A DNA stretch of 43,980 bases from Ruminococcus sp. UBA7014 (GCA_002449575.1 DJXC01000029.1:1-43980), one strand, 5' to 3'. Positions 17,131 to 27,037 are shown, counted from the stretch's first letter. Translations and numbers: made by a program. The notes: generated by a model not told the origin, from the sequence alone.

Positions 17131-18909
17131 TCAGTCTGCTTTCGGTTTGACCATAATGCCCAGTACATCAAGATTTTCTTTCTCAATCGGAGACGGACAC
17201 TGGCTCATCAGTTCAGAAGCGTCTTTCACCTTCGGGAAGGCGACCACATCACGCAGGCTTTCTGCCTTGCATAACAACATGGAAAGTCTGTCCAGACCGA
17301 TGCCGAGTCCTCCGTGAGGCGGTGCGCCGTAATGATAAGCCTCTACCAAGAAGCCGAATTTTGCTTCGATTTCCTCATCTGTCAGCCCCAGCGCACGGAA
17401 CATTTTTTCCTGTAACTCATAGTCTGTAATTCTCATAGAACCGGAACTTAATTCAATACCGTTCAGAACCAAGTCATAAGCCTTAGCAGTGACCTTTCCG
17501 GGGTCAGATTCCAGATACTGCATACAGGATTCTTCTGGCATTGTGAACGGATGATGCATTGCAAGCCATGTCTGAGAATCTTCATCCCACTCGAAGAACG
17601 GGAACTCTGTAATCCACAGGAAATTCAGCTTGTCTTCCGGAATGATATCCAGTTTCTTAGCCACTTCCAGACGGAGTGCGCCCAGTGTCGGCAGAACAAT
17701 TCGATTCTTATCTGCAACAAATAAGGCAACGTCACCCTGTTCACAGCCAATTGTATTCAGAATTTCTTGCATCTGTTCTTCTGTAAAGAATTTTGCGAAC
17801 GCACAGGTGGGCTTTTCATCAGCCCAGCGGATAAAGGCAAGACCTTTCGCACCGATGCCCTTGACAAATTCTGTTAATTTATCAATTTCTTTTCTGGAAA
17901 GGATTTTTGTAGCATTTTTCGCCACAATACAGCGCACGCTTCCCCCGTTCTGGACTGCGCTGGAAAATACGCCGAAATCAGAATCTTTCACCAATTCGGA
18001 AATATCCTGTAATTCCATATCGAAACGGGTATCCGGCTTATCTGAACCATAGCGGTTCATGGCATCTGCATAGGATAATCTCGGCAGCGGCAGAGAAATT
18101 TCCTGACCAAGTACATCTCTGATTAACTTTTCGACAAAGCCTTCTGTTAATTTCAGAATATCTTCCACGTCCATGAAAGACATTTCGAGGTCAATTTGTG
18201 TAAATTCCGGCTGGCGGTCGGCTCTTAAATCCTCATCACGGAAACACCTTGCAATCTGAATATATCTTTCCATTCCGGCAACCATCAGCAACTGTTTATA
18301 AATCTGCGGTGACTGTGGAAGTGCATAGAATTCACCGGGATGCACTCTGGAAGGAATCAGGTAATCCCTTGCACCTTCCGGAGTAGATTTCATCATCATC
18401 GGGGTTTCAATTTCGATAAAATCATTAGCATAGAAATATTCCCGTGCGCACTTTGCGATTTTATGGCGCATAATAAGATTTTTCTGGAGAGAAGGTCTTC
18501 TCAGGTCTAAGTAACGATATTTCAGCCGCTGTTCTTCGCTGGCGTTGGTATCATCCATAATGACAAACGGTACAGGTTCAGCCTTGGCAAGAATCCGGAT
18601 TTCCTCGGCAATGATTTCAATATTGCCGGTTTTCATATCCGGATTGATGTCCTGACGGGTAACGGAAACACCTTTCACAAGAAGTACATATTCATTTTTA
18701 CAAGAGGCGGCTTTCTCGAAAATCGCCCTGTCAGTCTCATCATTGAAAACAAGCTGGACTTCTCCGCTTCTGTCTCTTAATACAATAAAGATAACTTTAT
18801 TTTTATTTCTGATATACTGCACAAAACCGCCAACGACAACATGCATTCCGGGTTCTGTGACTTCTCCGCAGCCGTGCGTACGGCGCAAATTTCCCATAGA
18901 TTCAGCCAT
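17131..18909 (-). CDS. aspS: Aspartate--tRNA ligase
   Basis: 592 aa. OB-fold N-domain, class II motifs (FRDEDLRADRQPEFTQ, GGLGIGLDRL) and the bacterial insertion domain. Confidence 0.95.
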   Translation of the reverse strand: MAESMGNLRRTHGCGEVTEPGMHVVVGGFVQYIRNKNKVIFIVLRDRSGEVQLVFNDETDRAIFEKAASCKNEYVLLVKGVSVTRQDINPDMKTGNIEIIAEEIRILAKAEPVPFVIMDDTNASEEQRLKYRYLDLRRPSLQKNLIMRHKIAKCAREYFYANDFIEIETPMMMKSTPEGARDYLIPSRVHPGEFYALPQSPQIYKQLLMVAGMERYIQIARCFRDEDLRADRQPEFTQIDLEMSFMDVEDILKLTEGFVEKLIRDVLGQEISLPLPRLSYADAMNRYGSDKPDTRFDMELQDISELVKDSDFGVFSSAVQNGGSVRCIVAKNATKILSRKEIDKLTEFVKGIGAKGLAFIRWADEKPTCAFAKFFTEEQMQEILNTIGCEQGDVALFVADKNRIVLPTLGALRLEVAKKLDIIPEDKLNFLWITEFPFFEWDEDSQTWLAMHHPFTMPEESCMQYLESDPGKVTAKAYDLVLNGIELSSGSMRITDYELQEKMFRALGLTDEEIEAKFGFLVEAYHYGAPPHGGLGIGLDRLSMLLCKAESLRDVVAFPKVKDASELMSQCPSPIEKENLDVLGIMVKPKAD

Positions 18910-18931
18910 TATAAAAACACTCCTGATTTAT

Positions 18932-20224
18932 TTATAGATTTTCGCTGGCTAATCTGTCAGCGATTTCAATACCGGAAAAGACTTCGGCGAACGTATCATC
19001 TAATTTGATTGCGATTTTTTCACCGGACTTCATATTTTTCAGAACAGCTTCGCCTTGTGCAAGTTCGTTGTCACCAATAACGGCTGTAAATCTTGCATTG
19101 ATTTTATCTGCATATTTCATCTGCGCACGAAGGCTTCTGCCCATGACATCTGTCTGTGCTGAAATACCGTCTTTCCGGAGCTGTGCTGTCAGCTGCATCG
19201 CTTTCAATTCCGCTGCTTCACCCATGGGGACAAAATAAATATCACAGGGTTTTATTTCAGAAAGTGAAATTCCCTGACTTTTCAGCACCAGAAGCAGACG
19301 TTCCAGACCCATACCGAAACCAAGTGCAGGAGTCGGCTGACCGCCTAACTGTTCGATTAAGCCGTCATATCTTCCGCCGCCGCATACAGTACCCTGTGCG
19401 CCGATTTCGGTAGTTACGAATTCAAATACAGTTTTGGTATAGTAATCCAGTCCACGGACGATTCTGGGGTCTACTGTATAAGCAATTCCCAGTGCATCCA
19501 GATTAGATTTTAATTTCTCGAAGTGTGTCTTGCATTCCTCGCACAGATAGTCCAGAATCAGAGGTGCATCCTTTGCGATTTCCTTACAGGATTCCACTTT
19601 ACAGTCAAGCAGCCGCATCGGATTTTTTTCGAGTCTTTCCTGACAAGTACCACAGAGACATTCACGAGAACCGGAAAAATAATCTTTCAGAGCCTTGTGA
19701 TAATTCTTCCGGCAGTTCGGACAGCCGATAGAATTAATATGCAGTTCGATATTTTTCAGACCAATCTGTTCCAGAATCTGCTTTGCCAGACTGATAACTT
19801 CGGCATCGGCGGACGGCAATGCAGAACCAGCCATTTCCACACCAAACTGATGAAATTCTCTCAGTCTGCCAGCCTGCGGACGTTCATGCCGGAAGCAGGA
19901 CAAAATATAATATACTCTCTGCGGAAGTGCCTCATTCAGCAGACCATTCTGGAGCATCGCCCTGATAGTACCTGCTGTTCCCTCCGGACGGAGTGTAAAA
20001 GAAGATTCCTTTGCAGTAACAGTATACATTTCTTTTTGTACGACATCTGTTGTTTCTCCTACACCACGGCTAAACAGCTCTGTCTGTTCAAACGTTGGAA
20101 TTCTGATTTCCTGAAAACCAAACGCACCGGCAGTATTTCGCAGAAATTCTTCCAGTTTCTGCCATTCCCTGCTGGCAGAAGGCAAAATATCTTCTGTGCC
20201 GTTAGGACGTTTCAATATACTCAT
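18932..20224 (-). CDS. hisS: Histidine--tRNA ligase
   Basis: 430 aa. Motifs LRPEGTA, CFRHERPQAGRLREFHQ, and GGGRYD. Confidence 0.95.
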   Translation of the reverse strand: MSILKRPNGTEDILPSASREWQKLEEFLRNTAGAFGFQEIRIPTFEQTELFSRGVGETTDVVQKEMYTVTAKESSFTLRPEGTAGTIRAMLQNGLLNEALPQRVYYILSCFRHERPQAGRLREFHQFGVEMAGSALPSADAEVISLAKQILEQIGLKNIELHINSIGCPNCRKNYHKALKDYFSGSRECLCGTCQERLEKNPMRLLDCKVESCKEIAKDAPLILDYLCEECKTHFEKLKSNLDALGIAYTVDPRIVRGLDYYTKTVFEFVTTEIGAQGTVCGGGRYDGLIEQLGGQPTPALGFGMGLERLLLVLKSQGISLSEIKPCDIYFVPMGEAAELKAMQLTAQLRKDGISAQTDVMGRSLRAQMKYADKINARFTAVIGDNELAQGEAVLKNMKSGEKIAIKLDDTFAEVFSGIEIADRLASENL

Positions 20225-20267
20225 AAATCTTTTTCCTCCATTATTTTTTCTTGCTAATAAATATGAA

Positions 20268-20300
20268 CAGGTCTGCTGTCAGGTAGTTTCAGCAGACCTG
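20268..20300 (-). terminator. Hairpin between mgsA and hisS (terminator or partial attenuator)
   Basis: An 11-bp perfect stem, CAGGTCTGCTG (20268-20278) with CAGCAGACCTG (20290-20300). On the minus strand it is followed by UUCAUAUUUAUU. Confidence 0.45.
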
Positions 20301-20321
20301 ATTCTCATGCTTTCACGCTTT

Positions 20322-20723
20322 CTAAAGAGACGGATTGCCGATTTCACGCCAATCCAAATCTCCTCTCTCCAATGCCATGATTAAAGCCTCTGCTGTTGCG
20401 ATATTCGTTGCCAGCGGTACATTATGCACATCACACAGGCGGAGCAGCGTCATATCATTCGGGTCAGGGGTTTTGAGGTTCGGGTCACGGAAGAACAGCA
20501 ACACATCCACTTCACTGCAGGCGATTTTTGCGCCAATCTGTTCGCCGCCTCCCTGTGAACCACTGAAATATTTCTGAATCGGAAGTCCGGTTGCCTCCCC
20601 TACTACTTTTCCGGTTGTCCCGGTTGCACAAAGATGATATCGGGACAGAATCCCACAGTATGCAATGCAGAACTGCACCATCAGTTCTTTCTTGGCATCA
20701 TGAGCAATCAAGGCAATTGTCAT
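20322..20723 (-). CDS. mgsA: Methylglyoxal synthase
   Basis: IALIAHDAKK...ATGTTG...GGEQIGA motifs. The ORF track start is 20732. The ATG at 20723 has better spacing from the AAAGGA RBS. Confidence 0.9.
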   Translation of the reverse strand: MTIALIAHDAKKELMVQFCIAYCGILSRYHLCATGTTGKVVGEATGLPIQKYFSGSQGGGEQIGAKIACSEVDVLLFFRDPNLKTPDPNDMTLLRLCDVHNVPLATNIATAEALIMALERGDLDWREIGNPSL

Positions 20724-20759
20724 AGTTCTCATTCCTTTCCACCGCAGTGAGCGGTTATC

Positions 20760-21503
20760 TTATTTGATTACAAGCGGCACAGGCTGCCCTGTCAGTCGCT
20801 TGGAGATGGCATCAAATGCCTCCAGGCTAGGTGCTTCCACAGGAAGCTTCATTCCTTTTCCGGTTGCTTCTTTCAGCATATTATCATCTGGAATCACACC
20901 AAGAAGCTGAATGCCTACAGCATCAATAATTTCATCAAGATTATGAATCATCTTGCTTTTGATGACTTCTTCGCTGACTTTGTTGATAATCAGACGCTGA
21001 CGCTTATTTCCTCTCTGATAGAATTCATCAGACATCATAGTTGCATCCCGAATGCAGATAGGGTCAGGGGTTGTAACGACAAGAATCAAATTCGCCTGTT
21101 CGACAATATCAAAAACATGTGAACTGATACCTGCACCAGTATCAATAATAATAAAATCATAGTATTTCCGGACACCCCGGCAAATATTCACAACCTGTTC
21201 TGCTGTCACAGTCATAAACGGGTCTTTTGGGGCGCAGAGAATTTCCAGATTGCTGACACCAGGCACACGGGAGACAGCATCCAGTACCTGCATATTATTT
21301 TTCAGGACATTGCCTAAATCATACTTGACCGTTCCTTCCATGCCGAACATAATATCCAGACAGCGCAGACCAAAGTCCAGTTCAATAATCAAAGTACGGT
21401 TTCCCTGTTTTGCAAGTGTATAGCCGATACCATAACTGATAGAAGATTTTCCTGTACCGCCTTTTCCTGACGTAATGGCAATTAGTTTCGGTTCATTGGT
21501 CAT
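20760..21503 (-). CDS. minD: MinD-family septum-site ATPase (short, no obvious C-terminal membrane-targeting helix)
   Basis: Deviant Walker A SGKGGTGKSS, D.GLRCLDIMFGME..VKYDL, and IIIDTGAG. 247 aa. Confidence 0.75.
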   Translation of the reverse strand: MTNEPKLIAITSGKGGTGKSSISYGIGYTLAKQGNRTLIIELDFGLRCLDIMFGMEGTVKYDLGNVLKNNMQVLDAVSRVPGVSNLEILCAPKDPFMTVTAEQVVNICRGVRKYYDFIIIDTGAGISSHVFDIVEQANLILVVTTPDPICIRDATMMSDEFYQRGNKRQRLIINKVSEEVIKSKMIHNLDEIIDAVGIQLLGVIPDDNMLKEATGKGMKLPVEAPSLEAFDAISKRLTGQPVPLVIK

Positions 21504-21569
21504 GTATCCAGCTCCTTTCCGAACGCAGATTCCAAGAGCGTTCCTGTTTATACAACATACCTACTATTA

Positions 21570-21597
21570 ATTATATCACAAATATCAGATTTGTCAA
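21570..21597 (-). promoter_or_regulatory. Putative sigma-A promoter for minD-mgsA
   Basis: Minus strand TTGACA (21592-21597), 16-nt spacer, TG-extended TATAAT (21570-21575). Confidence 0.5.
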
Positions 21598-21656
21598 ATT
21601 TATTTACAGTGTTTTCAGAAATTTTGTGAAAGTTATTAAAATTCAACGTATAAAAA

Positions 21657-23714
21657 TTATGAATCTTCACGAATTTTTTTAGTTTCTTCCGTTTCTGTTT
21701 CGTCTGTTTCTTCAATACCCTCTATGCCATAAATGTTCTCATACAGTTCCATAATCGAACGAATCATATATTTTGAATTTTCGCCGCCCTCTACCACACC
21801 GGCGAAAGCGACTGCCGGATTATCTGCCGGCGCATAGCCGATAAAGACAGAATCCTGATAGTGGCTGTCTGACTGGGGTGTACCAGTTTTGATGGCGACA
21901 TCATAGCCGAGATTCTGGAGTGAATACTTTGTCGGGAAACTGTTAGTAGATGCCATAATCATACCTTTTTCGATATTCTGATAAACATCATCCTCGTGCA
22001 GGGAAATTCTGGCAGCAACAGTGGTTTTTGTTTTTTTCAGGCATTTTTTCTGACTGTAATCCCAGATGCTGTCTACCAGATACGGTTCATAGCGAACCCC
22101 TTCATTGGCGATGGTATTTGCCACGCAGGCAAGCTGGAGAGGAGTAACCAATGTTTCGCCGTTGCCGATGCCTGCCTGCAAGACCTGACCTGCTGTCCAT
22201 TCCAGTCCAAGTTCCTGATATTTTTCAGGCGTTGCCATATATCCGGCAGAATCTCTGGTTTCAATACCGGTATTCTGCCCGATGCCGTATAAAGCCGCAT
22301 ATTCTGAAATTTTGTCGATATTCAGCAAACGGGAAAGTTCATAGAAATAGGAGTTACAGGAAACCATCAGCGCACGGGCAACGGCAATATTACTATGCCG
22401 TCCGGTACAACTGTAAGTCATGTCATAATATTCATATGTTCTTGCACAGTAAAAAGTCGTATCTCCCGTGACAATACCCTCATTCAGTCCGGCAGTGGCA
22501 GTAATTGTCTTGAACGTTGAGCCGGGACGGTATAAACCAAGCGTTGCCCGGTTATAAAGCGGATTTTCCGGCGCATTCAGCAATTCTTCATAATCTTCGG
22601 AATATTTTTTTAAATTATACGTTGGTGCAGTAGCTTCGCCTAGTACCGCACCTGTTTTCGCATCCAGAACAACAAGCGCACCACTGTTGATTTCGTTGCC
22701 TTCCTCGTCAGTATAGCTTTCGGAATCTTCCAGAAAATCTTCCAGAATTTTCTGTAGGCCTTTCTGAAACTTGCTGTTGATAGTAAGCTGAATGGTATTT
22801 CCGGCAGTAACAGGTGTTGTAATCTGGTCAGAAATAATTTCTCCGGCTTCAAACGTGATAGTTCTTGTACCGGATTTGCCTTGTAATTCTGATTCCATTG
22901 CCTTTTCGATACCGCTGACTCCGACAATCGCATCCAGTGAATATCCCTTAGCAAGGTATTCCTCTGCATTTTCAGCATAAATTGGTCCTGTCGTGCCGAT
23001 TTCGTGCGGAAGCACATTGCCGACTTCTATCCGGCGTTCTGGTATCTGCTGAATGACAATTCCCTGTAACTGCAAAGAAAGCTGTGAAAGTTCTGTTACC
23101 AGACTCATGGGCAGTTCTTCAGCAACCTGAAACTGATTTGATACTGAAAAATCTGCCTGTGCCATTGCATACCGCAGCCCGGCAATCATGCGTTTTTGGC
23201 GTGGGGTATAATTTTCATCAACCTGATATTTTTCACAGAGAATCTGCACACAGTTATCCGCTGTAGCATAATGATTGACACCGATGATATTTTTCATATA
23301 ATCCAGTTCATTTTCGCTGACATCCATCCGGAAACGGTAAGGCGCATTCATGGAAATCGGCAGCGTATCCGCCCACTGCATCTTTGCTTCGGAAAGAATC
23401 TGCACCAGTTCCAGCAGAATCTGGTTGGCTTTCTGGTCATCTGCGGGGAACAATGCCTTATCAATCATCACTGCATAAGTCACATGATTTCCGACAAGCA
23501 CTGTACCTTCTGCATCTATAATTTCTCCTCTTGTGGGGGCAATATTCTGTGTATAGCTGCTTTGTGCGGAAGTTTCACGCTGATATTCCTGTGGTGCAAC
23601 AACCTGAATTTTCATAAGTCTGAGCGCACAGAAACAGGTACTTGCCAGTACTATCGCCATAGACAGCCCCAATTTGACATAATCCGAAACGGTTTTTATC
23701 ATAAATTCCAACAC
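21657..23714 (-). CDS. mrdA: Penicillin-binding protein 2 (elongasome transpeptidase)
   Basis: 685 aa. N-terminal TM anchor, plus the active-site motifs STFK, SCN and KTGT. Confidence 0.9.
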   Translation of the reverse strand: MLEFMIKTVSDYVKLGLSMAIVLASTCFCALRLMKIQVVAPQEYQRETSAQSSYTQNIAPTRGEIIDAEGTVLVGNHVTYAVMIDKALFPADDQKANQILLELVQILSEAKMQWADTLPISMNAPYRFRMDVSENELDYMKNIIGVNHYATADNCVQILCEKYQVDENYTPRQKRMIAGLRYAMAQADFSVSNQFQVAEELPMSLVTELSQLSLQLQGIVIQQIPERRIEVGNVLPHEIGTTGPIYAENAEEYLAKGYSLDAIVGVSGIEKAMESELQGKSGTRTITFEAGEIISDQITTPVTAGNTIQLTINSKFQKGLQKILEDFLEDSESYTDEEGNEINSGALVVLDAKTGAVLGEATAPTYNLKKYSEDYEELLNAPENPLYNRATLGLYRPGSTFKTITATAGLNEGIVTGDTTFYCARTYEYYDMTYSCTGRHSNIAVARALMVSCNSYFYELSRLLNIDKISEYAALYGIGQNTGIETRDSAGYMATPEKYQELGLEWTAGQVLQAGIGNGETLVTPLQLACVANTIANEGVRYEPYLVDSIWDYSQKKCLKKTKTTVAARISLHEDDVYQNIEKGMIMASTNSFPTKYSLQNLGYDVAIKTGTPQSDSHYQDSVFIGYAPADNPAVAFAGVVEGGENSKYMIRSIMELYENIYGIEGIEETDETETEETKKIREDS

Positions 23715-23735
23715 CTTGCATTTCTAAAAATCAGC

Positions 23736-24299
23736 TTATTCCTGCCAGTCAGCGACAATGGTCTTTTCCAGATGATTGATACGCCGGCTGCCGCAGGATT
23801 CTGCAATTTTTTTAATCAGAAAATAAAAAATCACGGAAGAGATGACTGTCATCAGACAACTTGGCAGTATCAGTTTCTGCCATACCAGAAATACATCTTC
23901 ATGTCCCCAGACAGCATAATACAGCACATAATCCAGTCCCCCCTGCACAAACGTGCAGACGGCTGTCAGAAACAGCATATTCAGCAGTTTCTGCCGCAGC
24001 ACATAGCGATATAACAGCGAGACTATCACACAGCATATTACCAGAATCATGGCATTGCATCCCGGCAGCTTACCGCACGACAAATCCAGAAGCAGTCCGC
24101 AGGCTGCTCCTGCTGTCATTGCCTGCAATTCGCCTGTATGCGAAGCAATACACAGCGAAACTGGTATCAGCAGCAGCGGCTTGACATAGCTTCCGGAAGT
24201 CTCTGCCAGATAACACAGCAAAATCAGCACGGCAAACAGCCCCCATTGCAAAACTTGCAATAACAAGTGATTCGGTTTATAAATTTTACTCTTGTACAT
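23736..24299 (-). CDS. mreD: Rod shape-determining protein MreD
   Basis: 187 aa polytopic membrane protein located directly after mreC, with a 14-nt overlap. Confidence 0.8.
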   Translation of the reverse strand: MYKSKIYKPNHLLLQVLQWGLFAVLILLCYLAETSGSYVKPLLLIPVSLCIASHTGELQAMTAGAACGLLLDLSCGKLPGCNAMILVICCVIVSLLYRYVLRQKLLNMLFLTAVCTFVQGGLDYVLYYAVWGHEDVFLVWQKLILPSCLMTVISSVIFYFLIKKIAESCGSRRINHLEKTIVADWQE

Positions 24300-25149
24300 T
24301 GCTGTTCTCTGCCTTTCCGCTGAAATCGGTAATCACCACGACCAGACTTAAATTTTTCAGGTCTGATGCCGGTTCAACTGCTGCATACGCTGTCAGCCCG
24401 GTATCATCCATCGCCACTTCTTTTACATAGCCAATCACATAACCTGCCGGGAACAAGCCGTTTTCTCCGGTTGTCAGGATAATCCTGTCTTTTTTCAGAT
24501 TGGTATTTTTATTCAGATACTGGAGCTTGCATCTGCCATCAAGTGCCATAGAAACACTTCCTGTCAGAATTCCCCGTTCTCCGGAGGCTCTTGTTCCTGC
24601 TGATACGGAAAGTTCCGGCGAAAGAATTGTCGTCACTGTTGCAGTATGTGTTCCCAGTTCTGTAATAACACCGACAAGTCCCATATCACTGACAACAGGG
24701 TCATACAAACTGATACCATCATCTGAGCCGCCGTCAATCGTAAAGCCGCAGAAAGGGTCATTGGTCAGATAGCCTGTCACATCAAACGGAGAAGTCATAG
24801 AATAATCTTCATGCTTTTCCTTGATGCCGATAAATGCCTGCAAGCGTTCCAGTTCTTCTTTTGTTGCTTCATAGTCCGCAAGTTCTGTATGCAAAGCATT
24901 GATTTCTTCACGCAATGCACGGTTTTCTTCATAATAATCTTCGGCATTGCGGTATAAATCCAGACCATATTCCACACGCTGGGAAATTGCACTGGAGATT
25001 CTCTGAAACGGTGCAGCAATTGTCTTGAAAATGCCTATGCCGCTGATAGTATACCCACCGACAAATACGGCATACAGCATCAAACCAATGAATAAAGCAA
25101 GTACCCAGAGAACAATTTTGCATTTTCTGCTTTTCAGAAAATTCAGCAT
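24286..25149 (-). CDS. mreC: Rod shape-determining protein MreC
   Basis: N-terminal TM, a coiled-coil (ENRALREEINALHTELADYE), then a beta-barrel region with GLVG.I and G.FP.G..IG. Confidence 0.9.
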   Translation of the reverse strand: MLNFLKSRKCKIVLWVLALFIGLMLYAVFVGGYTISGIGIFKTIAAPFQRISSAISQRVEYGLDLYRNAEDYYEENRALREEINALHTELADYEATKEELERLQAFIGIKEKHEDYSMTSPFDVTGYLTNDPFCGFTIDGGSDDGISLYDPVVSDMGLVGVITELGTHTATVTTILSPELSVSAGTRASGERGILTGSVSMALDGRCKLQYLNKNTNLKKDRIILTTGENGLFPAGYVIGYVKEVAMDDTGLTAYAAVEPASDLKNLSLVVVITDFSGKAENSNVQE

Positions 25150-25167
25150 TACAATTCTCCTTTTCTG

Positions 25168-26190
25168 TTATTTCTCATAATATTTCAGATACTCGACAAG
25201 GGTATCCTGATACTTGTCCATATTTTCCATGACTTTTCCTGCACCTTCGGCGACACAGTCAAGCGGATATTCGGCAATATACACCGGAATTCCTGTTTCA
25301 CGGCTGATAAGCTTGTCCAGACCACGCAGCAATGCGCCGCCGCCAGCCAGCGTAATGCCCTGTTCGATAATATCTGCTGACAGTTCCGGTGGTGTTTCTT
25401 CGAGTGTGTTCTTGACTGCATCCAGCACACGGGAAAGCGGTTCTACCATAGCATCACGGATTTCGGCAGAAGATACCATCACATTTTCTGGCAGTCCGTT
25501 GAGCAGATTTCTGCCTTTGATTTCCATAGAATCTTCATTTTCGCTCGGAAATGCCGAACCGATAGTCAGCTTGACATTTTCAGCAGTCCGTTCACCGATT
25601 AACAGATTATATTTTTTCTTGACATAGTTCATAATTGCAGCATCAAATGCATCTCCGGCGCATTTAACAGACCGGGAAGCGACAATTCCTCCCATGGAAA
25701 TGACAGCGACTTCGCTAGTACCGCCGCCAATATCTACAATCATACTCCCGGTTGGTTCAGTTGTCGGCAGACCTGCACCAATTGCCGCCGCCATCGGTTC
25801 TTCAATAATAAACACCTGCCGGACACCTGCACTTTCTGTCACCTCACGGACAGCATTTCTTTCGACAGGGGTGACACCTGACGGAATACAGATAGTCACT
25901 CTGGCTTTTGCAAACACATAGCCTTTCAGGGCTTTCCGGATAAATTCCTGTAACATCGTTACAGTCAGGTCAAAATCTGCAATGACACCCTCCCGGAGCG
26001 GTCTGACTGCTACAATCGAACCTGGTGTTCTTCCGATAACTTGTTTTGCATCTTTTCCGACATAACGTGCTTTTTCAGTTCTGGTATTGACTGCAACGAC
26101 AGACGGTTCACGGAGAACGATTCCTTTTCCACGCATATATACCAGTGTGTTTGCCGTTCCCAAATCAATGCCAATATCTTTTGTAAACAT
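25168..26190 (-). CDS. mreB: Rod shape-determining protein MreB
   Basis: Actin-fold motifs DIGIDLGTANT, IVDIGGGTSEVAVIS, and LAGGGALLRGLD. Confidence 0.95.
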   Translation of the reverse strand: MFTKDIGIDLGTANTLVYMRGKGIVLREPSVVAVNTRTEKARYVGKDAKQVIGRTPGSIVAVRPLREGVIADFDLTVTMLQEFIRKALKGYVFAKARVTICIPSGVTPVERNAVREVTESAGVRQVFIIEEPMAAAIGAGLPTTEPTGSMIVDIGGGTSEVAVISMGGIVASRSVKCAGDAFDAAIMNYVKKKYNLLIGERTAENVKLTIGSAFPSENEDSMEIKGRNLLNGLPENVMVSSAEIRDAMVEPLSRVLDAVKNTLEETPPELSADIIEQGITLAGGGALLRGLDKLISRETGIPVYIAEYPLDCVAEGAGKVMENMDKYQDTLVEYLKYYEK

Positions 26191-26232
26191 GCTTTCTTCT
26201 CCTTTTGTTCCAAAAAATCTATCTCTCTATTT

Positions 26233-26261
26233 ATTATAACATGACTTTCAGCAGAAAACAA
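26233..26261 (-). promoter_or_regulatory. Possible promoter for mreB
   Basis: Minus strand TTGTTT (26256-26261), 17-nt spacer, TG-extended TATAAT (26233-26238). Confidence 0.35.
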
Positions 26262-26301
26262 GCTTTTTCCGGATTTTTTTATGTATCCGGAGAAGATTTT
26301 C

Positions 26302-26562
26302 TCACAGTCCCAGTGCGCCTTTCAATTTGGGATAACATATCAGTCCGACAATAATCATCAGAATTTCCGATGCACAGACATGAATCTGAAATCCCAGCGT
26401 AATTTGAAAAATTTTCAGATTCAACGTGAATGCCTGAATTCCGACCTCAAAAACTTCTCCCAGCCACTTGATACTGGAAACGCCTTTTGCAAAATCGCCA
26501 ATCAAACTGCCTACCACTACCGCAGCAAGCAGGACAGCAAACATCAGAAGTCCTTGTTTCAT
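26302..26562 (-). CDS. Small membrane protein, DUF4321-like
   Basis: 86 aa with two hydrophobic helices flanking a beta-like core. The pattern matches my recollection of DUF4321 proteins in Firmicutes. Confidence 0.65.
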   Translation of the reverse strand: MKQGLLMFAVLLAAVVVGSLIGDFAKGVSSIKWLGEVFEVGIQAFTLNLKIFQITLGFQIHVCASEILMIIVGLICYPKLKGALGL

Positions 26563-26596
26563 TGCAGATTCTCCTTTTATTAGTAAACTTACTTGT

Positions 26597-27037
26597 TTAT
26601 TTCATACCACTCGAACCGAAACCAGATATGCCACGTTCCGTTTCATCAAGTGTTTCTGTTTCCAAAATTTCAGGAAACGGCACAGGCATCAGCACAGCCT
26701 GTGCAATTCTCATACCGTGTTCTATGATGAAATCCTGCTGACTGATGTTATGCAGCGGCACTTTCCATTCTCCCCGATAGTCACTGTCTACTACGCCGAC
26801 GGCATTTGCAAGCGTAATGCCATTTTTGGAAGCCAGTCCTGAACGTGGAAAAATGAAAATCACTGTTCCGGAGTCAGATGGCTGACAGGCAATTCCAAGC
26901 GGAATCATAACAGTTTCACCGGGATGAATGACTACAGATACATCCAGACAGGCATATAAATCTGCACCGGCACTCTGTGCGGTCGCCCGTGTCGGCAGAA
27001 TGGCATGTTCTTTCAGTTTTTTGAAATACAGCTGCAT
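26597..27037 (-). CDS. dut: dUTP diphosphatase
   Basis: Motifs GADLYA, PRSGLASKNGI, GVVDSDYRGE, and RG.SGFGSSG. The ATG overlaps the U32 stop codon by 1 nt (TAATG). Confidence 0.9.
   Translation of the reverse strand: MQLYFKKLKEHAILPTRATAQSAGADLYACLDVSVVIHPGETVMIPLGIACQPSDSGTVIFIFPRSGLASKNGITLANAVGVVDSDYRGEWKVPLHNISQQDFIIEHGMRIAQAVLMPVPFPEILETETLDETERGISGFGSSGMK

Noticed and set aside
19523-20257. 244-aa plus-strand ORF
   Set aside because: It is entirely antisense to the clearly recognisable hisS gene. Composition is low in information content, with no RBS or motif. It is a shadow ORF.
20225-20321. T-box riboswitch upstream of hisS
   Set aside because: Only 97 nt are available. There is no specifier-loop or T-box (AAUUAGGGUGGUACCGCG-like) sequence, only a simple hairpin.
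23196-24014. 272-aa plus-strand ORF
   Set aside because: It is antisense to mrdA (PBP2) and mreD and spans their intergenic gap. The composition is Cys/His/Phe-rich and implausible. It is a shadow ORF.
26262-26301. TCCGGAT...ATCCGGA hairpin after the DUF4321 gene as a terminator
   Set aside because: The stem is only 7 bp and is followed by an A-run rather than a U-run on the transcribed strand. It is likely just another instance of the abundant TCCGGA word.
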